Shown: piece by piece, positions 39,661 through 55,330 of the stretch
Numbering within the stretch: the stretch's first letter is position 1
How the letters are laid out: each line of letters begins with the position of its first letter
Origin: the human T2T-CHM13v2.0 reference genome, Homo sapiens
Assembly (NCBI RefSeq): GCF_009914755.1
Contig: NC_060929.1
Direction: 5' to 3' (one strand)
Length of the DNA stretch: 64,000 bases
Notes under the pieces: model-generated
What the model saw: only the letters and a program-made list of their open reading frames with translations
What the model was told of the DNA's origin: nothing
Database searches by the model: none
Made by a program: the position numbers and the translations under genes

Positions 39661-40375
39661 AAGCTTCCTACTTTCTTATAAGGCTAAAGTTGCAGTAGAA
39701 ATATTCCCCTGCTCTTCCTTTCCATATCATAAGTATCCATCTTCCTTCCCCTGCTTTAACTTCTCATGATTGCAGTTTTTGTTTTATTACAATAAAGGAT
39801 ATCAATCATTCATCTAATGTTATAGCAATGAGGGGATTTAAGGTGAAAGGTAGAGAACATATGTTGAGAACTGTTTCTGGAAACTCTAGGTGAAGAAAAA
39901 GAAGGGAATTAACATTTATTCAACACCTACAATGTGCCAGGTACAGTGCTAAGTGCCTTTATATACATGAGTTAATATAAACCTCAAAATAATGCTCTAA
40001 GGAAAACATTTTAAATAATGCTGAAGTTAAATATCATGATTCCTTTTATATAAGGAAGAAGACAGATTTAGAGAAGTTAAATAAAATTTCCAAAAATGCA
40101 GCAATAGCAAGGTGGAGGTATTTGTCTCTAAAATTTCACCCTCTGTTCTGTACACCAAGTACCTCAGCAAGTAATCCAGTTCCAGATGGGATCTGCAGTC
40201 TGCCATTAAGTCTTTACCACACATAGGCTCTTATGCTAGAGCCCTTACCATATGGTCCAAAATGCCATTTTTAATGTGTATTTGATATGGAGACTCTGTT
40301 CACAATTTGAGTACTAAAGAGAGAATACCACCTCCTAGTAGATACACCAGGACCAATGTAATGCTGTCATTCTAA

Positions 40376-40801
<426 letters not shown>

Positions 40802-40966
40802 TAGGGATAATTTTAGAACAGTATACAGATATTGAGCCAAGAGTCAAAAGAGCTGGGTTGCAATTCTGGTTGTGCCATTTATCAGTTGTGTGAGGTGGGA
40901 CAAGTCTCTTTTTCTCCCTAGCTTTCTCTTTCCTCATTTATAAAATAAAGAAATGAGAATGATAGT

Positions 40967-41200
40967 TGTATTAATTTCTGAGGACTGCCAGAACAAATTA
41001 CTACAAACTGGGTGGCTTAAAACAACAAACATTTATTCTCACATAGTTCAGGAGGCTAGCAGTTTGAAATCAAGTTCTTGACAAACTCCCCTAGAGTCTA
41101 AAGTCTCTAGAGAAGGATTCCTCCTTGCCTCTTCCAGCTTTTGGTAGCTCCAGTGTTCTTTGGCTTGTGGCAGCATCACTCCAATCTCAGCCTCTAGTTT
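40967..41200 (-). mobile_element. MLT1B/C/D-type LTR fragment
   Basis: tgtattaatttc...acaaattactacaaactgggtggcttaaaacaacaaacatttattctcaca. Confidence 0.85.
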
Positions 41201-42232
41201 GTGGTAATGTATTATGACAGTCTTAGGAAAATAATACATCAGTATTTGGAAATGTTTCTTCATTTGCCACAATATGATATCAAATAAAATACATCCACTT
41301 AAAAGTTCAGGTATGGATACACCCATTGATTTGGAATGCTAGTGAATGTAAAGGCTTAGGTCAACTTCTCTCTGCAGTTCCAAGGAGGATGAGAAATAGC
41401 AGCCTTGACCTCCCACCAGCGGGAGTTTCCCTCCTTCATCCCTGGTCACTGGCCACACAAGGACCTGGCATCTCCCAGTAAATGTGTTCCTCTGCAACCT
41501 GAGCCACAAACCTCTCTCTCTTTTATCTCTTTCCTCTTTCTACCTTCATATTTGGTTGGCTATTTTTAGTTCTTCTGCAGATATAGTTACACTTTAAATG
41601 ACACACAGCCTTTAATTACTTACATGTTGACTTGAAGCAATGTCTGTTGCTCACCTTCTTGGAAATATCAGAAGACAAGAACACTTTTACTTCCTCCTCC
41701 TTCTCCCATCCTTCTCTCTGTCTACTTAATCTGTTTATCATATTCTCATTTTTACACCATCAAGGTTTATAATGCTCCCAGAACATACCTCCTTCAAGGT
41801 AAATGGGAATGGTAACCTTTGGCCTCTCCTTGCCCATAAGGACAACCCAGTCTCCTGCTCTGCGTGGGTTCCCAATTTGGCCCTAAGACTTTTCTGTTTG
41901 TATGATCAGCAAAAGGACATCAAATACTTTCCATCCTCCAATGAGCAGAACACATTCTGTGGTCAGAAGCCTTCTCATTACTTCTGATCTCAAAGGGACA
42001 TCCAGAGTTGCCCAAACCCAGGCCAACCACCCTTCCATTTAGCCACAGCCTGAAGATCCCAACTATGATCAACAAATAAGACTGACTCCAGATCCCACTC
42101 TGCCAACTGCCTACCTAATACCCAGACTCTTGCAGCTGAGAGAGTCTCTTCTAAAATCCAGCCCAAAAGGCACACTAGATGTGAGGACCAGAATATCTTG
42201 TATTTTGTAGTCTATTATAGCAAGCATAATAA

Positions 42233-42524
<292 letters not shown>

Positions 42525-43908
42525 GATAAACTTTAAAATTACTTTTTCTATTCCATATCATAGATTCTGGGAGGAAACAAGGCCCAATTTGAGTAAAAGC
42601 AACTGCATTTAGCTGGCTTGAACTTCTTCAGAGAAAGAACAACATAAAATATTCAGCTCATCTGATTTTTTAATGACATTTCCTTTTTATTTATATTCAA
42701 TTACACAAGTAATACATGAACAGATTCTCCCTTTTTTAAACCATCCCTTATTCTACAGATCAGGTGAAAGTACTTGTTGCTGGCCTGTACTTCCCATCCC
42801 CACTTTTGTCCCCAGGACAAAGTACTATCAGGATACTAGCATTCAGAGTGAGCAGATTCCTAGTACTGACATAAGGAGGATCACCATCTAATTTTTAAAT
42901 TTTAAAAAATGAACACAAAGTCTATTAGAGGAATGAAATGAACCTGCTTTGTAGGTACATAATATTTCTCTCTCCAGAGAGAAAGGAGGAGAGCACACAT
43001 AAGATAGGAAGATGAGAGCTACAATAAATGAGAGAAGAGAGAAACTGTCAGAAATAGCAGGGCAGAAAGAGGGAAAGAGGTGAGAATGAGAGAGAGGGGG
43101 AGGGAGGAACAGAGGAAGATGCGAACAAGGAGAGTCACTCAGTTCTGAGGCAAGCACTTGATTCTCCGTGGTTCATTTGGGTATCCAAGTAAGTTATTTC
43201 CTATAATCATTGGCCTTTAGGAGTCTGCTTAGCTAATTAACAGTTTGCAAATTGCCAATTGTTTTTTGTCCCGCATTCTCCAGAGACTTTACACTGCAAA
43301 GGCAGACCACAGCAGCCCACCTTACACTTGAGTTGTGGCCAAAGCACCATCCCCACCAGACAAAGCCAGCCCCACAGCTGACCCCGGCCTGTGAGTGTCT
43401 GAAAACTGGCTGTAAAGAACATTCTGTCTAGTTACTTCCTCAGTAAACTCTGGGGCTGGGCACTGGAGGTTTTCTGAAAGGAAGTGTTTGGTGTCTCACA
43501 CAGCCATGTGCTTAGTATATTCCATGCAGCACTCCACTGAGCCAGTGCCCTTGAAATGAGCAAGCACTGCAGCCATCCTCCTTTATTTCCCTCAAGGCAA
43601 TATCCAAGGATTAAAAAGTCAGAGCCGTCTGCAGATTCCTCCTCTCTACCTTGCCCTGCACTTTTTGTGCCCTTCCTCTTCCCCCTCTCCAGCCCCAAAC
43701 CTCTCTCCTGATCCACGGTACTCCTCCTGGGATGTCCACTGGGGCTGATCCTCCCCCATTCTCCCCCTGAGTTCCCTGCTGTTAATCTGTCTCCAGCAAA
43801 ATTAACCTAGCCTATGTCCCATGCCCTCTGGACTCTGGCTGCTCGTCAATCACTCTTAAAAATCCGGTTTCTCCTTAGGCAATCATTTTGTTTTGATTTT
43901 ATGTGTAA

Positions 43909-44261
<353 letters not shown>

Positions 44262-44759
44262 TAGCATACAGGCTTTAGACTGTTGGTTGCTTTTAAGTTT
44301 GCTTACTTTAAAAGCTAGAGAGAAGATGGTTGAGGTGATCTTGTCTCCTTCAGTATTCACTCTGAGCCATGCCTCCTGAGGAAGTTTGCTTTAGGGGAGG
44401 CATTGCTATGTTATACACTCTACGATGCACCAGCCCTTGCCTCAGAAGGCAAGGTTTGAACCCCAACACTGTCTTTTGCAAACTGTTACCTTAGGAAATA
44501 GATTTTATCTCCTTAACTCACTTTTTACATTTGCAAAATGGGTAAATTGTGACTACCTCACATGGATGTCATGAGATGAAATGTAAGAATGTGTGTCCCT
44601 GGCATATAGTAACCACTTTCGCCAAAGACTGAGTTATCCAACTACAGACAGAGAACAGCTGGTGGCCTAATCAAAGGGAGATACAAAATAACAATGCCAA
44701 GACTGGAAAAGGAAGTTCATCTTAGGATTTCCAAGAGAAAAAGAAATATGACTGTATTA

Positions 44760-44995
44760 TAATAGGTATATTTATTAAGCTCTTACCATGTGCCAAGCAA
44801 AGTTCTTTATATACATGATATACTTCATATACATTATTTCATTTAGTCCTCATGGCTACCAGGTGAGCACCATTATTTTCCCATTTTACAGATGAGGCAC
44901 AGAGAAGTTAAGCCACTTACCTAGGAAGGGCAGTCCTAGTTAAGAAGCTGGGATTCAAATCCAAGAGGCTGGATTCCAGACCTCAGGCTCTATTA
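44760..44995 (-). mobile_element. MIR
   Basis: cccattttacagatgaggcacagagaagttaag...gctgggattcaaatccaag. Confidence 0.8.
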
Positions 44996-45907
44996 TGAGA
45001 AGTACCTAAATAGAGATTGGTTTAACCAAAGCCTGAGTCCCAACTAAGGGCAAGACTGTGACACAGAGGTCACTAATCAGAATGAAAGATTGAGCCAGAG
45101 TTGAGTTGTTGGAATGTATTTTGGTACATTTAGGTTGTTTTAAGTATATCAATCTCCATTCCACTCAATGGTTGAGTTCAGTTTCAAGTTTTCCAAATGC
45201 TTTATGGGAAAGTCATATTTTTCTCCCATTGCAGCAGGGATGCCAGCGCAGCCATGCTTCTCAACCACCAAGTAGAAGCAAAGCCAAACTGACCCAAGAA
45301 GATGAACAGAGGGAATCCAGGGAGTTCCAACTTGGGTTCACAGCTGCAATTCTCAAAGGATGGACTAAGCCATGTCACCCCTCCAGATAACACAGTCATA
45401 TTAATAGTGACCTTTTGGAGGCCTCCCTAAACAGCAGGTGAAGTCCCAAAATCATTAGATTATTCCTGGCCTCAATTGTGGCCCAGAGGGAGAGCCCTAA
45501 GATTTTTCCATGGGAACAAAGATCTAAATTCTGGGACTATCTGGGCCATGTCCACCCTGCACCATTTACTACAAAATGGGCTGATCCTATGGAAGCACAC
45601 TACCTGTGTTGTGGTCATATAGATCATCACCTGGCTTCTCCAGGGCTAACCAGTTAGCATGGAAATGGGACACCCAAGAACAAGAGGATAGAAAGAAGGG
45701 AAGGGTGGAAAGAAGGAAGGAAGAAAGGGTGGGAGGGAGGGAAGAGTGGTAGTTTTGGAAGGAAGGAGGGAATCAGAGCTAAAGATAATACATGATATGA
45801 GTCAGTGTTCAATGTCCCTGAAGATTAGGGGAATCAAGCTTTGCTTCCAGGAGAATTAACACAGGAGAGCCAACAGAGATGTGGAAATTTAGGAAGTCAG
45901 AGGAGAC

Positions 45908-46500
45908 ATTCTTTCATTCATTCATTCGTTCATTCATTCACTTGCTCATTTTTACATGAATTGACTCTAGAACAGATGCTGGAGATACAAAGATGCATGA
46001 GACTTGCCCCCATCCTCAACAGTCATTCACAGTCTAATCAGAAAGAGAGCCTTGCATTTGGAATACAATATGGAGTAATAATACCTCTGTGTTCAGCCTG
46101 CACAAAATACTCTGTATGCATGGTCATATGTCCCTTGAAACAACTTTATGAGGAAGATACTACTATAGTCTCCATTTGACAGATAAGGAAACTGAGGCTT
46201 AGGGAGGTCAAATAACTTGCCCAAGTAAAACAACTAGTAAGTAGCTGAACCACAAAACAGAGATTCATGCAGAAAGCTGTACAACAGAAGAAACCAGGAC
46301 TACATCTGCCTCAAAGGAACCAGAGAAGGCTTCCAAAGAAGGCAGCATTTTAAATGGGTTTTGAAGGATGTATAGCAGCTATAGAGGCAGAGAAGAGGAA
46401 AAAAGTCATTTCAAACAGAAAGAACAGGTTGTGCATTCAAAGGTGAATTGAGAGGAGAGAAAAGCATGTTCAGGAAAAGACAAGACATTTGTGGCCCTGG
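45908..46500 (-). mobile_element. L2 3' end, antisense, interrupted by a MIR (about 46130-46250)
   Basis: (TTCA)n start; MIR core ccatttgacagataaggaaactgaggcttagggaggtc inside. Confidence 0.65.
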
Positions 46501-48109
46501 GAGCTGAGATATGCCCTCGGGAAGGCTGGAGATGATGTCAAAGACGAAGATTGGACAATAATGCCCATCAGGCCAGGAGCCCCCTTTCTGGATTCGCTGC
46601 TTCCACTCTTGTGTAGAATGATCTTTTTAAAATGTTCATCAAATCAGGCCCCCCTCTTATTAAACATTTCAAAGGTTTTCTGTTCTACTTAAAACCTAAA
46701 ACCCTTCTTTTGTATGCAAGGCCTGAACAGCCTGCCTTTATCCTGTAGACAAAGGGGAGATGGGAGGAGGAGCTAACTCACAAAGACAGTGGTTATGTCT
46801 GCTCTACTCACACACATCCCTACTGCCCCGCACGGTGCCCAGCACATAGTAGGTCCTCAGTAGGGTGTTGAATGAATGAACAAATCACTGATGAATGACG
46901 GCCCTAAGCAGGGATTTTTCTCCAAAGCTTCCTCACACCTTGGAATGCATTTGGGGGCCCAACACAAAGGTTTCCAACTTCAACAGCAAAAACTCCACCT
47001 CCCACACAATGTAGAGTTACTTCTTGCTCATTTCCAGTGGGTTTCTGTCTTTCTCCACAGCCTGACTCCTTCTCAAAATCTCTCTATTCCCTTCCAAATA
47101 TACATTCTAAATATTTACAGAAGCTTGTTATTCTCCTCAGAGCTGGCCTAGAGTTCTCCTGATATTTCAAAGAATTTCCAAGAATAGGGAAATCTCCTGA
47201 TATTTCAGAGAATATCCCAAGAATAGATAAAGTTCCATCTGACAAATAGATGCTCAGTAAAATCTGGTGAGTGAATGGATTAATGCAAAAACTAATTATC
47301 ATGCTGTTCATGGCAAGGGATATGATAATTTTTTCAAGTCCAACTCTGGGGCACCCTCACTTCCACGTCACATGATTAGGAAAAGGGCCCAGGTGGCATT
47401 CAGTAGACATAGACTAAGCCTCAACCCCAGCCCTCAGGCACATCAGTGCCCTCTCTAGGCTCTCTCTCACCAACTTTAGAATTGAATTACATCAGTTGTT
47501 TCCAGATGGTGATCTGCAGAATTCCTTTAAAGACCACCTGTGGGATTTGAGGGAGGAAAACTACACTCTCCCAATCTCCCTCTTTAACCCAAGCATCTGA
47601 TTGCTTTCATCTGTTTTACATACTTAGCTTCTGTGCACAACTTCCTTTGATTAAAGAGTTCCTTGCCTTTATAGTAGTGGATGATATCTAAGGATGATGT
47701 AAAATACTGGGTGTTAGCTAAGGTTTTACCAAACTTAAAGCCTTTATGCTTCATAATTCCACTTTATTGATGTAGGAAGACAAATGATAGACTTACTTTC
47801 AAGGTGGATAGAAGGGATGCGACCTAGCCAAGGCTACAGCATTTCTCTATGGCACCACTGCCATGACAACCATCAGTTTGAATGCCTTATGGGTGCATCC
47901 TATGGGTTATGCACTGGCCCCAAGCCATAACCCCTAGGACTCTAGAGCCAGCAGCAAACACAAAACACTGAATTAATAATGAGTGAGATCTCTGTTCCCA
48001 TAGCTGCCACAGGCTAAATAAGTTGAGGGGGTATTGTAAAACCCAAGATGAGATCACTGAGCCTCTGGTATCAAAAAGGTGTATTTCACAGAATGTTTAG
48101 TTGGACGAG

Positions 48110-48345
48110 AGCTTGAAGAGCATGGAAACGATCTGGTATCATTCTGGTCAAAGACCAGAATTTAGACCCCAGTTCTGCCATTTGCTGACTAATGACTTTG
48201 GGCAAAATACTTAACTTTCCTGAGAGTTAGTTTCCTCATCTATAAAGTGGGGTAATATAACCCACCTTGCAGGATACTGGTAGGATTAGTTGAAATAAAT
48301 TGTAGGAGAACATTTGGCTCAGTGCTAAGCCTATATAAATACTCC
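48110..48345 (+). mobile_element. MIR
   Basis: gactttgggcaaaatacttaactttcctgagagttagtttcctcatctataaagtggggtaata. Confidence 0.8.
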
Positions 48346-49269
48346 ACAAGGGCACAGAGAGGGAATGACTTGCCTAGGATCTCCTCCTGGAAATCACACA
48401 ACAATTCCACTAGTATCATGTGGCCCACAGGCAGCTGGTGGGCACAACCACACTGGTTCAGCATTGCCATGGTCCAAGAGGCTTCTGGTGCCCAGGGAAC
48501 CAGCAGGGTCCCCTGAGCGTTCCTCCTCAGCTCCCAACACTTCCCTCCAGGCACCAGTATGCAGGGCAAGGTCCTGGAGGGGGCGCCGAAACACCACTCG
48601 AGATCCTCACTCTCAGGAATTCAATATAGAAAACACATTAAGACCTGTTTACATGGAACTGCTGTTTATAATTATTGTTCCCTATGGGATATTCCCCACT
48701 GCTTCCTCCAATCCTCTTTTAAACTGCTCAACTAATAGAGTTTTCCTGGCTTCCCCAGGGAGACATTCACAGATGCTAATAGAGACATAATTCAAAAATT
48801 GCTTGATATACATGCCCTCAATTTTCCCCAAGAACCACCTAAGTAAAGAGCCCCAGACATGCAACACATTCATTGGCCAGATGCAATTTAACATGCGTGG
48901 GATTAAATATACAGGCTACTACAGCCAGGTTGTCATCAAGCAGCAGCAGGCATGGCATTTTATCCTAAGGTACCACCACGGCCAAATGCAACAGGAAAGA
49001 AGCAGGCTGCTGGGTGGGACCCCTGGAAGATCCCCTCCTCTGTAATTTCCACTGCAAGCTTTTCCCAGGCCTTTTCAGGCAAAGCGGGGAGTTTTGAAAA
49101 TAAATCCCCCAGGCTTGGAGAAGCAAAGAATCAATGCTAAGCAGCTCCGGAAATAATAGCTTCCATCTCTCTGATATATAAAGAGGATAAGGAAGGCAGA
49201 AAGAAGGGGCATGATATTATGAGATTGCAACAATACATTGCAACATTACATTAAAGAATTACAGAAAGC

Positions 49270-49470
49270 AAGATCTAGCTTCAGATGCCAGTTCATGCAC
49301 TTACTCCCTGTGTGACCCTGGGAATCACTTAAGCTGTCTGAGACTTAGCTTGTCTAATGACAAACTGGGGATACTAATATCACCTCCCAGGATTGTTGGG
49401 AAGGTAAATGGAGATTGACAAATGTGAACACACTTAGTATGTCTTTACATAGTAGGTATTCAATAAACTC
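49270..49470 (+). mobile_element. MIR
   Basis: tgtgtgaccctgggaatcacttaagctgtctgagac...cctcccaggattgttgggaagg. Confidence 0.7.
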
Positions 49471-52400
49471 TTCTATATATCTTCTCTTTCTGAAAATCTG
49501 AATATGGGGAGCATGGATATGCTTATATGTTGGTTAAACAAATGCATGAATGTTGAGCAAATCAGAAAATACTAAAATTAGAAGACTAAAAGGAGTAAAC
49601 TAGGACCGATTAAAAGAAGTTTGCCTTCCCCAAAACTCATAAACTTAATGAAACTTGCTATCTCCAGAGGAAATTAATATAAATTTAAAATAGCATAGGT
49701 TTGAGATGACTTTAGCGGAGTTTCTGGAGAATAGATCCATCACTGGTTAATAAACTAAAAATATAGAGAGAACTGCCCAAGGTTACACGAGTAGAAATTT
49801 GGTGTCCCCACCACTCCTTTTTATTGCAGAGGGAATTGACATTCAGGGAATGGAAATGCCCAGCCCAGAATTGGGGATGTGGTCTGGGAACCCAGGTCTC
49901 CCATCCCACTCCCTCGCCCTCTCACCCCCTCCCGCTGGTCAGTGTTCTTTGTCCTCTGCTGGCATCCCTGGGGACGGGCCAGCCCCCATCCCCCCGACAC
50001 ACACACACATTGTCCCTTCAAGATGGAGCCAGGCTGACACCACGTAGAATGACCTGGAAGCCCCCACTCAGTCTACCAGTCCTCCCTCCTCACACAGGAA
50101 TAGATGGGAGGGAAATGAAATAAGCTGCCATCTGCTGTGCATCCTCTGTGTGCCATGCTCTGGGTACCCATCTAATCCTCGTGAAGACCCTGAGAAGTGA
50201 GTGTTCTTCACAGACTAGGCAACACCAGAAGGCAGGTGAAGAACGTACAGAAGCTACAGAGTGCACAGGTGACAGGTATGAGAGCCAAGCCATTCAAACT
50301 CCCTGGGTATAGGACCCAGCTCTTCCCACGTCTCTGCCTTTACCGAATCAAACACCTGAGCACGGAAGACCCTCCATCAACATGAACTGCTTTGAATTGA
50401 CATGAACAAGCTTCAATCAAACTATAAATGCTGAAATTTTTCAATTATAGAAAGTATTTGAAAGATCCCATAAATTCCCCTGTCATATCACGTGAGCTGC
50501 ATTTACTGCAGCAGACACTTTTTATCTCGGGCTTGGAGGAAGGATTAGCAAGAAGAAAGTGGAGGGGGTCTGAGGAAGGGCTGGCAGCCTAGAGGAGGAC
50601 AGCAGCAAGAAGCAGGCTGGAGGCAGTTCTGTGCTGCCGGCCTTCATGGGTGTGGCCTTTGGACAGCACCTTAGCAGGAATGTGGTGGAGAGCAGCCCCA
50701 TTCACTCCAGAGGAGAGCCTCAAACTCTTCAGGCAGATCTAGCCTAGGTAGAATCTTGGCCTGGCCCCTCCGGGATGACAGGTGCCATTGCCCAAGAATG
50801 GGGAAAAGGCTGAAGTGCTCCAGCCAAAGACCCCAATTTATCTTCAGGACAATTTTCACTGGAAACCTTGCCTCACCACTGCCCACTTTTTCAGAAGTAA
50901 TTAGAATGCTAATCTATAAGAAAGATGACTATTAAAAATAAATTAATAATAGATAATACATTTTGGCTTACAATTTTGAATAATATAGCCATCCCATCTT
51001 AAAGTAAAAATTCATATATTTTTAATAAGCCTGAGACATGTTTTCCAATGAACCACAGATGGTTCATTTTTATTATCCTATAAAGAGACATTATGGGCAA
51101 GTGTTTTTTAAAATGGTAAAACAGAACCTTAGAGCAGCTCTCTTTTGAAGATCTCTAAGCACTTTCTAAGCATCAGGACCCCCTTCTGTCATCACAGAGA
51201 CTGAAATGAGGAGATGGTCTCTGTCACCCCCTCACTCACCAGTGAGCCCCAGACCTTCATCCCTGATCAGATGGAAGCAGTGTGGCATGATTACAGTTCA
51301 TATTTCAACTCTGCCACTCAATGACTAATAGCCAAGCACTAATAATGCAGAAAATGTAAATTTAAAAAATAATCTTCCTGAGATTGGTTATGAAATGCAC
51401 TCAACACAGCACCATCCACAGAGAGGTTCTTTTTAATTGCTCTTTTCTTTCCTCTCGACACCCAGAATCACAAAGCATGCCTGAAAGCGTCACACATATA
51501 TGTCTGTGACCATAACATGGCATTGCACATGCAAAGGAAATAAATAGGTGTTACCCATGTGACAAAGGTCCATGAGCTCTGTCCGCAAAAAGCTGTTGAG
51601 TTTAAAGAACAAATAATTCTGAAAAATCTTCCAGGAGATGAAATTTGTAGAACTCAAGGGCAGTAAACTAGCTGCTTTCCAAGGACTTGTCATAGCTTTA
51701 TTGACTTACAATAGCCAAAGATAAGTCAGTATTAATCAAACCCATTCTCTAGAAAAACCTCATCATCACTGGGGCCAGGGCAGAGAAGTGTGACACAGCT
51801 CTCTCCAGCTTCCCCACTTCACAGCATGGTTCCACCATCCACCCAATTGCTAAAGCCTGGATAGTCTTCCTTGTCACCTCCCGATCCCCTTCTCTAACAC
51901 CCATCCCCCGGCCACCCAACATCAGCAAGTCTGGTGGTTTCTCTCTGTCACAGAGATTCAAGATCTTCCCCTCATCTGTCTGTTTCAAAGTTAACATCAT
52001 CTCTCATCCAGACAGTTGCAACACTCTCCTAGCAGGTCCTTCTGCATCTATTTTTTAATTAAATTTTTAAAGATAAAAACATTCCTCTAAATAGAATCTG
52101 CTCCAGAACCCAGATTAAAAAAGAACGAGAAGGGGGAAAGAAGATTAGGGCATCCCAGAAGCTCCCTATTTGCCCCATTTGATTCATTACTCCCCAAAGG
52201 TAACTGCTATCCTGACTTCTAGCAACACTGGTTAATTTCCGTTGATTTTGCACTGTATATTCATCCGTGCTGTTGGACACTGTCATACTTGATTCATTCA
52301 CATTGCTGTGTAACATTTCATTGTGTGACTATTTTAACATCCATTTTACTGTTGAACACTTGGGTAAACTTCTGCTTTGAGGCTATTATAAACTTGACAC

Positions 52401-52478
52401 TTCTGCTTCCCATTGCTTTAAAGATAAGAGCCCAAGTCCTTGTCAGACAGGTGAATGGTCCACACAGTTAGCATCCTA

Positions 52479-52772
<294 letters not shown>

Positions 52773-53751
52773 GCCAGGCTTTTTCTCATCTCATAATCTT
52801 TGCGCATGCTGTTCCCTCTTCCTGAAACTGCTTTCCTACCACTTCTCACCTTTATGCTTCACCTCGTAGTGTTCATAGACTCTCCTTCCTTCCTAACTTA
52901 AAAGAGGCTCCTTCTGGTTTTTCCTTCATACACTTCCCTCACTCTTTTCCTTCACTGCACTAAAGATGATTTCTAATTGCATAGTCATTGATGCCAGTAT
53001 TTGTTTATTGTGTCATTCCTGCTGAACAGAGGATGGGCCTGACTTATTTGGGACCATGTTGCTGATGCCTGGACCTAAGCCTGGCACAGAGTAGGAGCTC
53101 AACAAATTTGTTAAATGAGTGGCTGAATGGCCATACTCTCAAAGGACCCACAGTCTAGGAGAGACAGAAGAATCTTTGTCTTTTTGTCTTGCAGTGGGAT
53201 GGAAGCTGCAGGGAGGGGTCTTGTCACATTGATACTGTCTGGGGAAGACAGAAAAACTTCAGTTTCAGAGGAGGTAGCCCTTGAAACGAGATTTGAGAGA
53301 GGGCAGCACATTGTACAACTCCATGGGCACCATGCACATTGTAGTCCAGATAAACAGAGCCCCTTGGAGATATGTGAGGCATGGGATAGACTCAGAGAAA
53401 CCCAGGAAATAACCCCTTCAGGCATCTGACATGCAAAGATGTGGAAGTGTCAACCAGGAAGTCATGTTGGGGGAACAGCAAGTATTTACAGAAAGTGACT
53501 GTGTGTGTCTGTGTAGGAGGGTGACTTTGTATAGGAGAGATAAAACCTGTGAGCTAATCAAGGAGAAGATCATAAAAGACCTTCATAAAGAGCATGGCCT
53601 TTTTCCTGCAAGCAGTGAGGAGCCATTGAAGGCTTTAGCATAAGGACAGTCAGATGTACTTCCCTAGAATGCACATTTCCTTCTGCTCCAGAACTTCTGC
53701 ACAGGAGGCTCCTAAAAGCTCTCCCCATCCTCCCTGTACACGTAGAATCTG

Positions 53752-53850
53752 CCTCTGTCTCTCTTTCTCTCTCCTCCTCCTCCTCCATCTCCTCCTCCTC
53801 CTCCTCTCCCTCTCTCTCGCTGTCTCACACACACATACACACACACTCCT
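53752..53850. repeat. (CT)n/(CCT)n/(CA)n compound low-complexity tract
   Basis: Directly visible. Confidence 0.9.
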
Positions 53851-54889
53851 TCCTTCCTATCTAGTCAGATTCCACTCCTTGGGATTTCAGGCCCACCGTC
53901 ACTCCTCAGGGAAGCCTGCCCTGAATGCCTGCACTACACCAGGGCCCCTTTCCCCTGCCCCCATCCCAGAGCACCAAATAGCTTTCCCTTGCAGCACTTC
54001 TCACAGCTGTCATTTTATGTTTGTGTCTGTGATTCTTAGGTTAAGTCCCTCATGCACCAAATCATAAGATCTGGGAACAAGGACCACACCTGTCCTGTTC
54101 ATCACTGTAATCATCACACTGCCTGCCAAAGTGCCTTGCACATATTAGATACTTAGTAGTTATGTGTTCCATGAATGACTCTTTAAGAGATCTTCTAGCT
54201 GTTCTTGCAAAGAACCCATTGGTAAGGTTGAACCTACAGGCTGATACTTTGCACTAGTCTCAGGAAGAGATGGTGAGTACATGAAATTGAGTCCCCCAGA
54301 GGTTAATGCCCAGTGCCCCAGCTAGGAAACGTCCAAGGAGGCAATTTGAACCCCATCTGTCTGGCTGCAGAGCCTAGCCCTCTAATGCATTCAGGGGTCC
54401 TAGCTCCTCGAGGATGCCACTGTGCCGTGAACTTCTTTCTGACCCTCATGGCTCCCAGCACAGCATCCACACTCAGAAGTGCAAGATGAATGTTTGCAGA
54501 TAATGAACATAAAGCTCTCAGGAACCCTCATCTCCTGAGAATCTGCTTTGGCCCCCACAGCAGGTCTGGGTGTGGACCTTCCCCAATGGCCTTGGGAAAT
54601 TATCAACATCTCCCCATTAGCTGTTGCAATATTAAATTGTGTGACTGGAAATGAATGAATAATCCCATGGGCAAGTGAGGGAGACCAAGCAGCAGGGATT
54701 TAATAACAAGTCCTGCCCTTTCTCCAAGCAGAAGGTCTTCCTAATTAAATATTAAAAATCTATCCATACAAGCAAGAGCGAAAAATTGCATTTTCAGCAG
54801 TGCAGCTTTGAGATGCTGCCTCAGAAGACCCAAGAGCTGTGGGAATGCCCTCTCCAGGACCTAGAAGAGGGGGCCAGAAAACCGCCATG

Positions 54890-55330
54890 TGGTAAGCACT
54901 GCCGGGTACCCGGGTATCACAGGCCTTGCCACATTCAATCCTCATGGGGACAATGAGACAGGGGTTAGATCACAGCCACTGTCTAAATGAGCAAACTGAG
55001 GCTTAGAGAGGGTTAGTGACTTACCCAAGGCCACCAGGTATCAAGTGGCAAAGTTGGGATCTTAACCCAGTTCTATGTGGCTATAAAGTTCATGGAATAG
55101 AATGCTGCAGTTAAGAACATGGGCTTTGGCATCAAGCAGACCTGTATTTGAGCCCCACCTCTGCTGTTTATTAACTGTGGCCCTGGGCAGATGACCTTAC
55201 ATCCTTAAGTCTCTAGTTCTTTGTCTTTAAAAGGGTGGCAGAATGTACCTCACTGGTTTTAGGAAGGTCACATGAGATAGTGCACATGAAGCCCTAGGCA
55301 TGGGAAAATTCTTCTAAAATGTCAGCTGCC
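54890..55330. mobile_element. Two MIRs, head to head (- then +)
   Basis: gagcaaactgaggcttagagagggttagtgacttacccaagg (-); gttaagaacatgggctttggcatcaagcagacctg (+). Confidence 0.75.
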
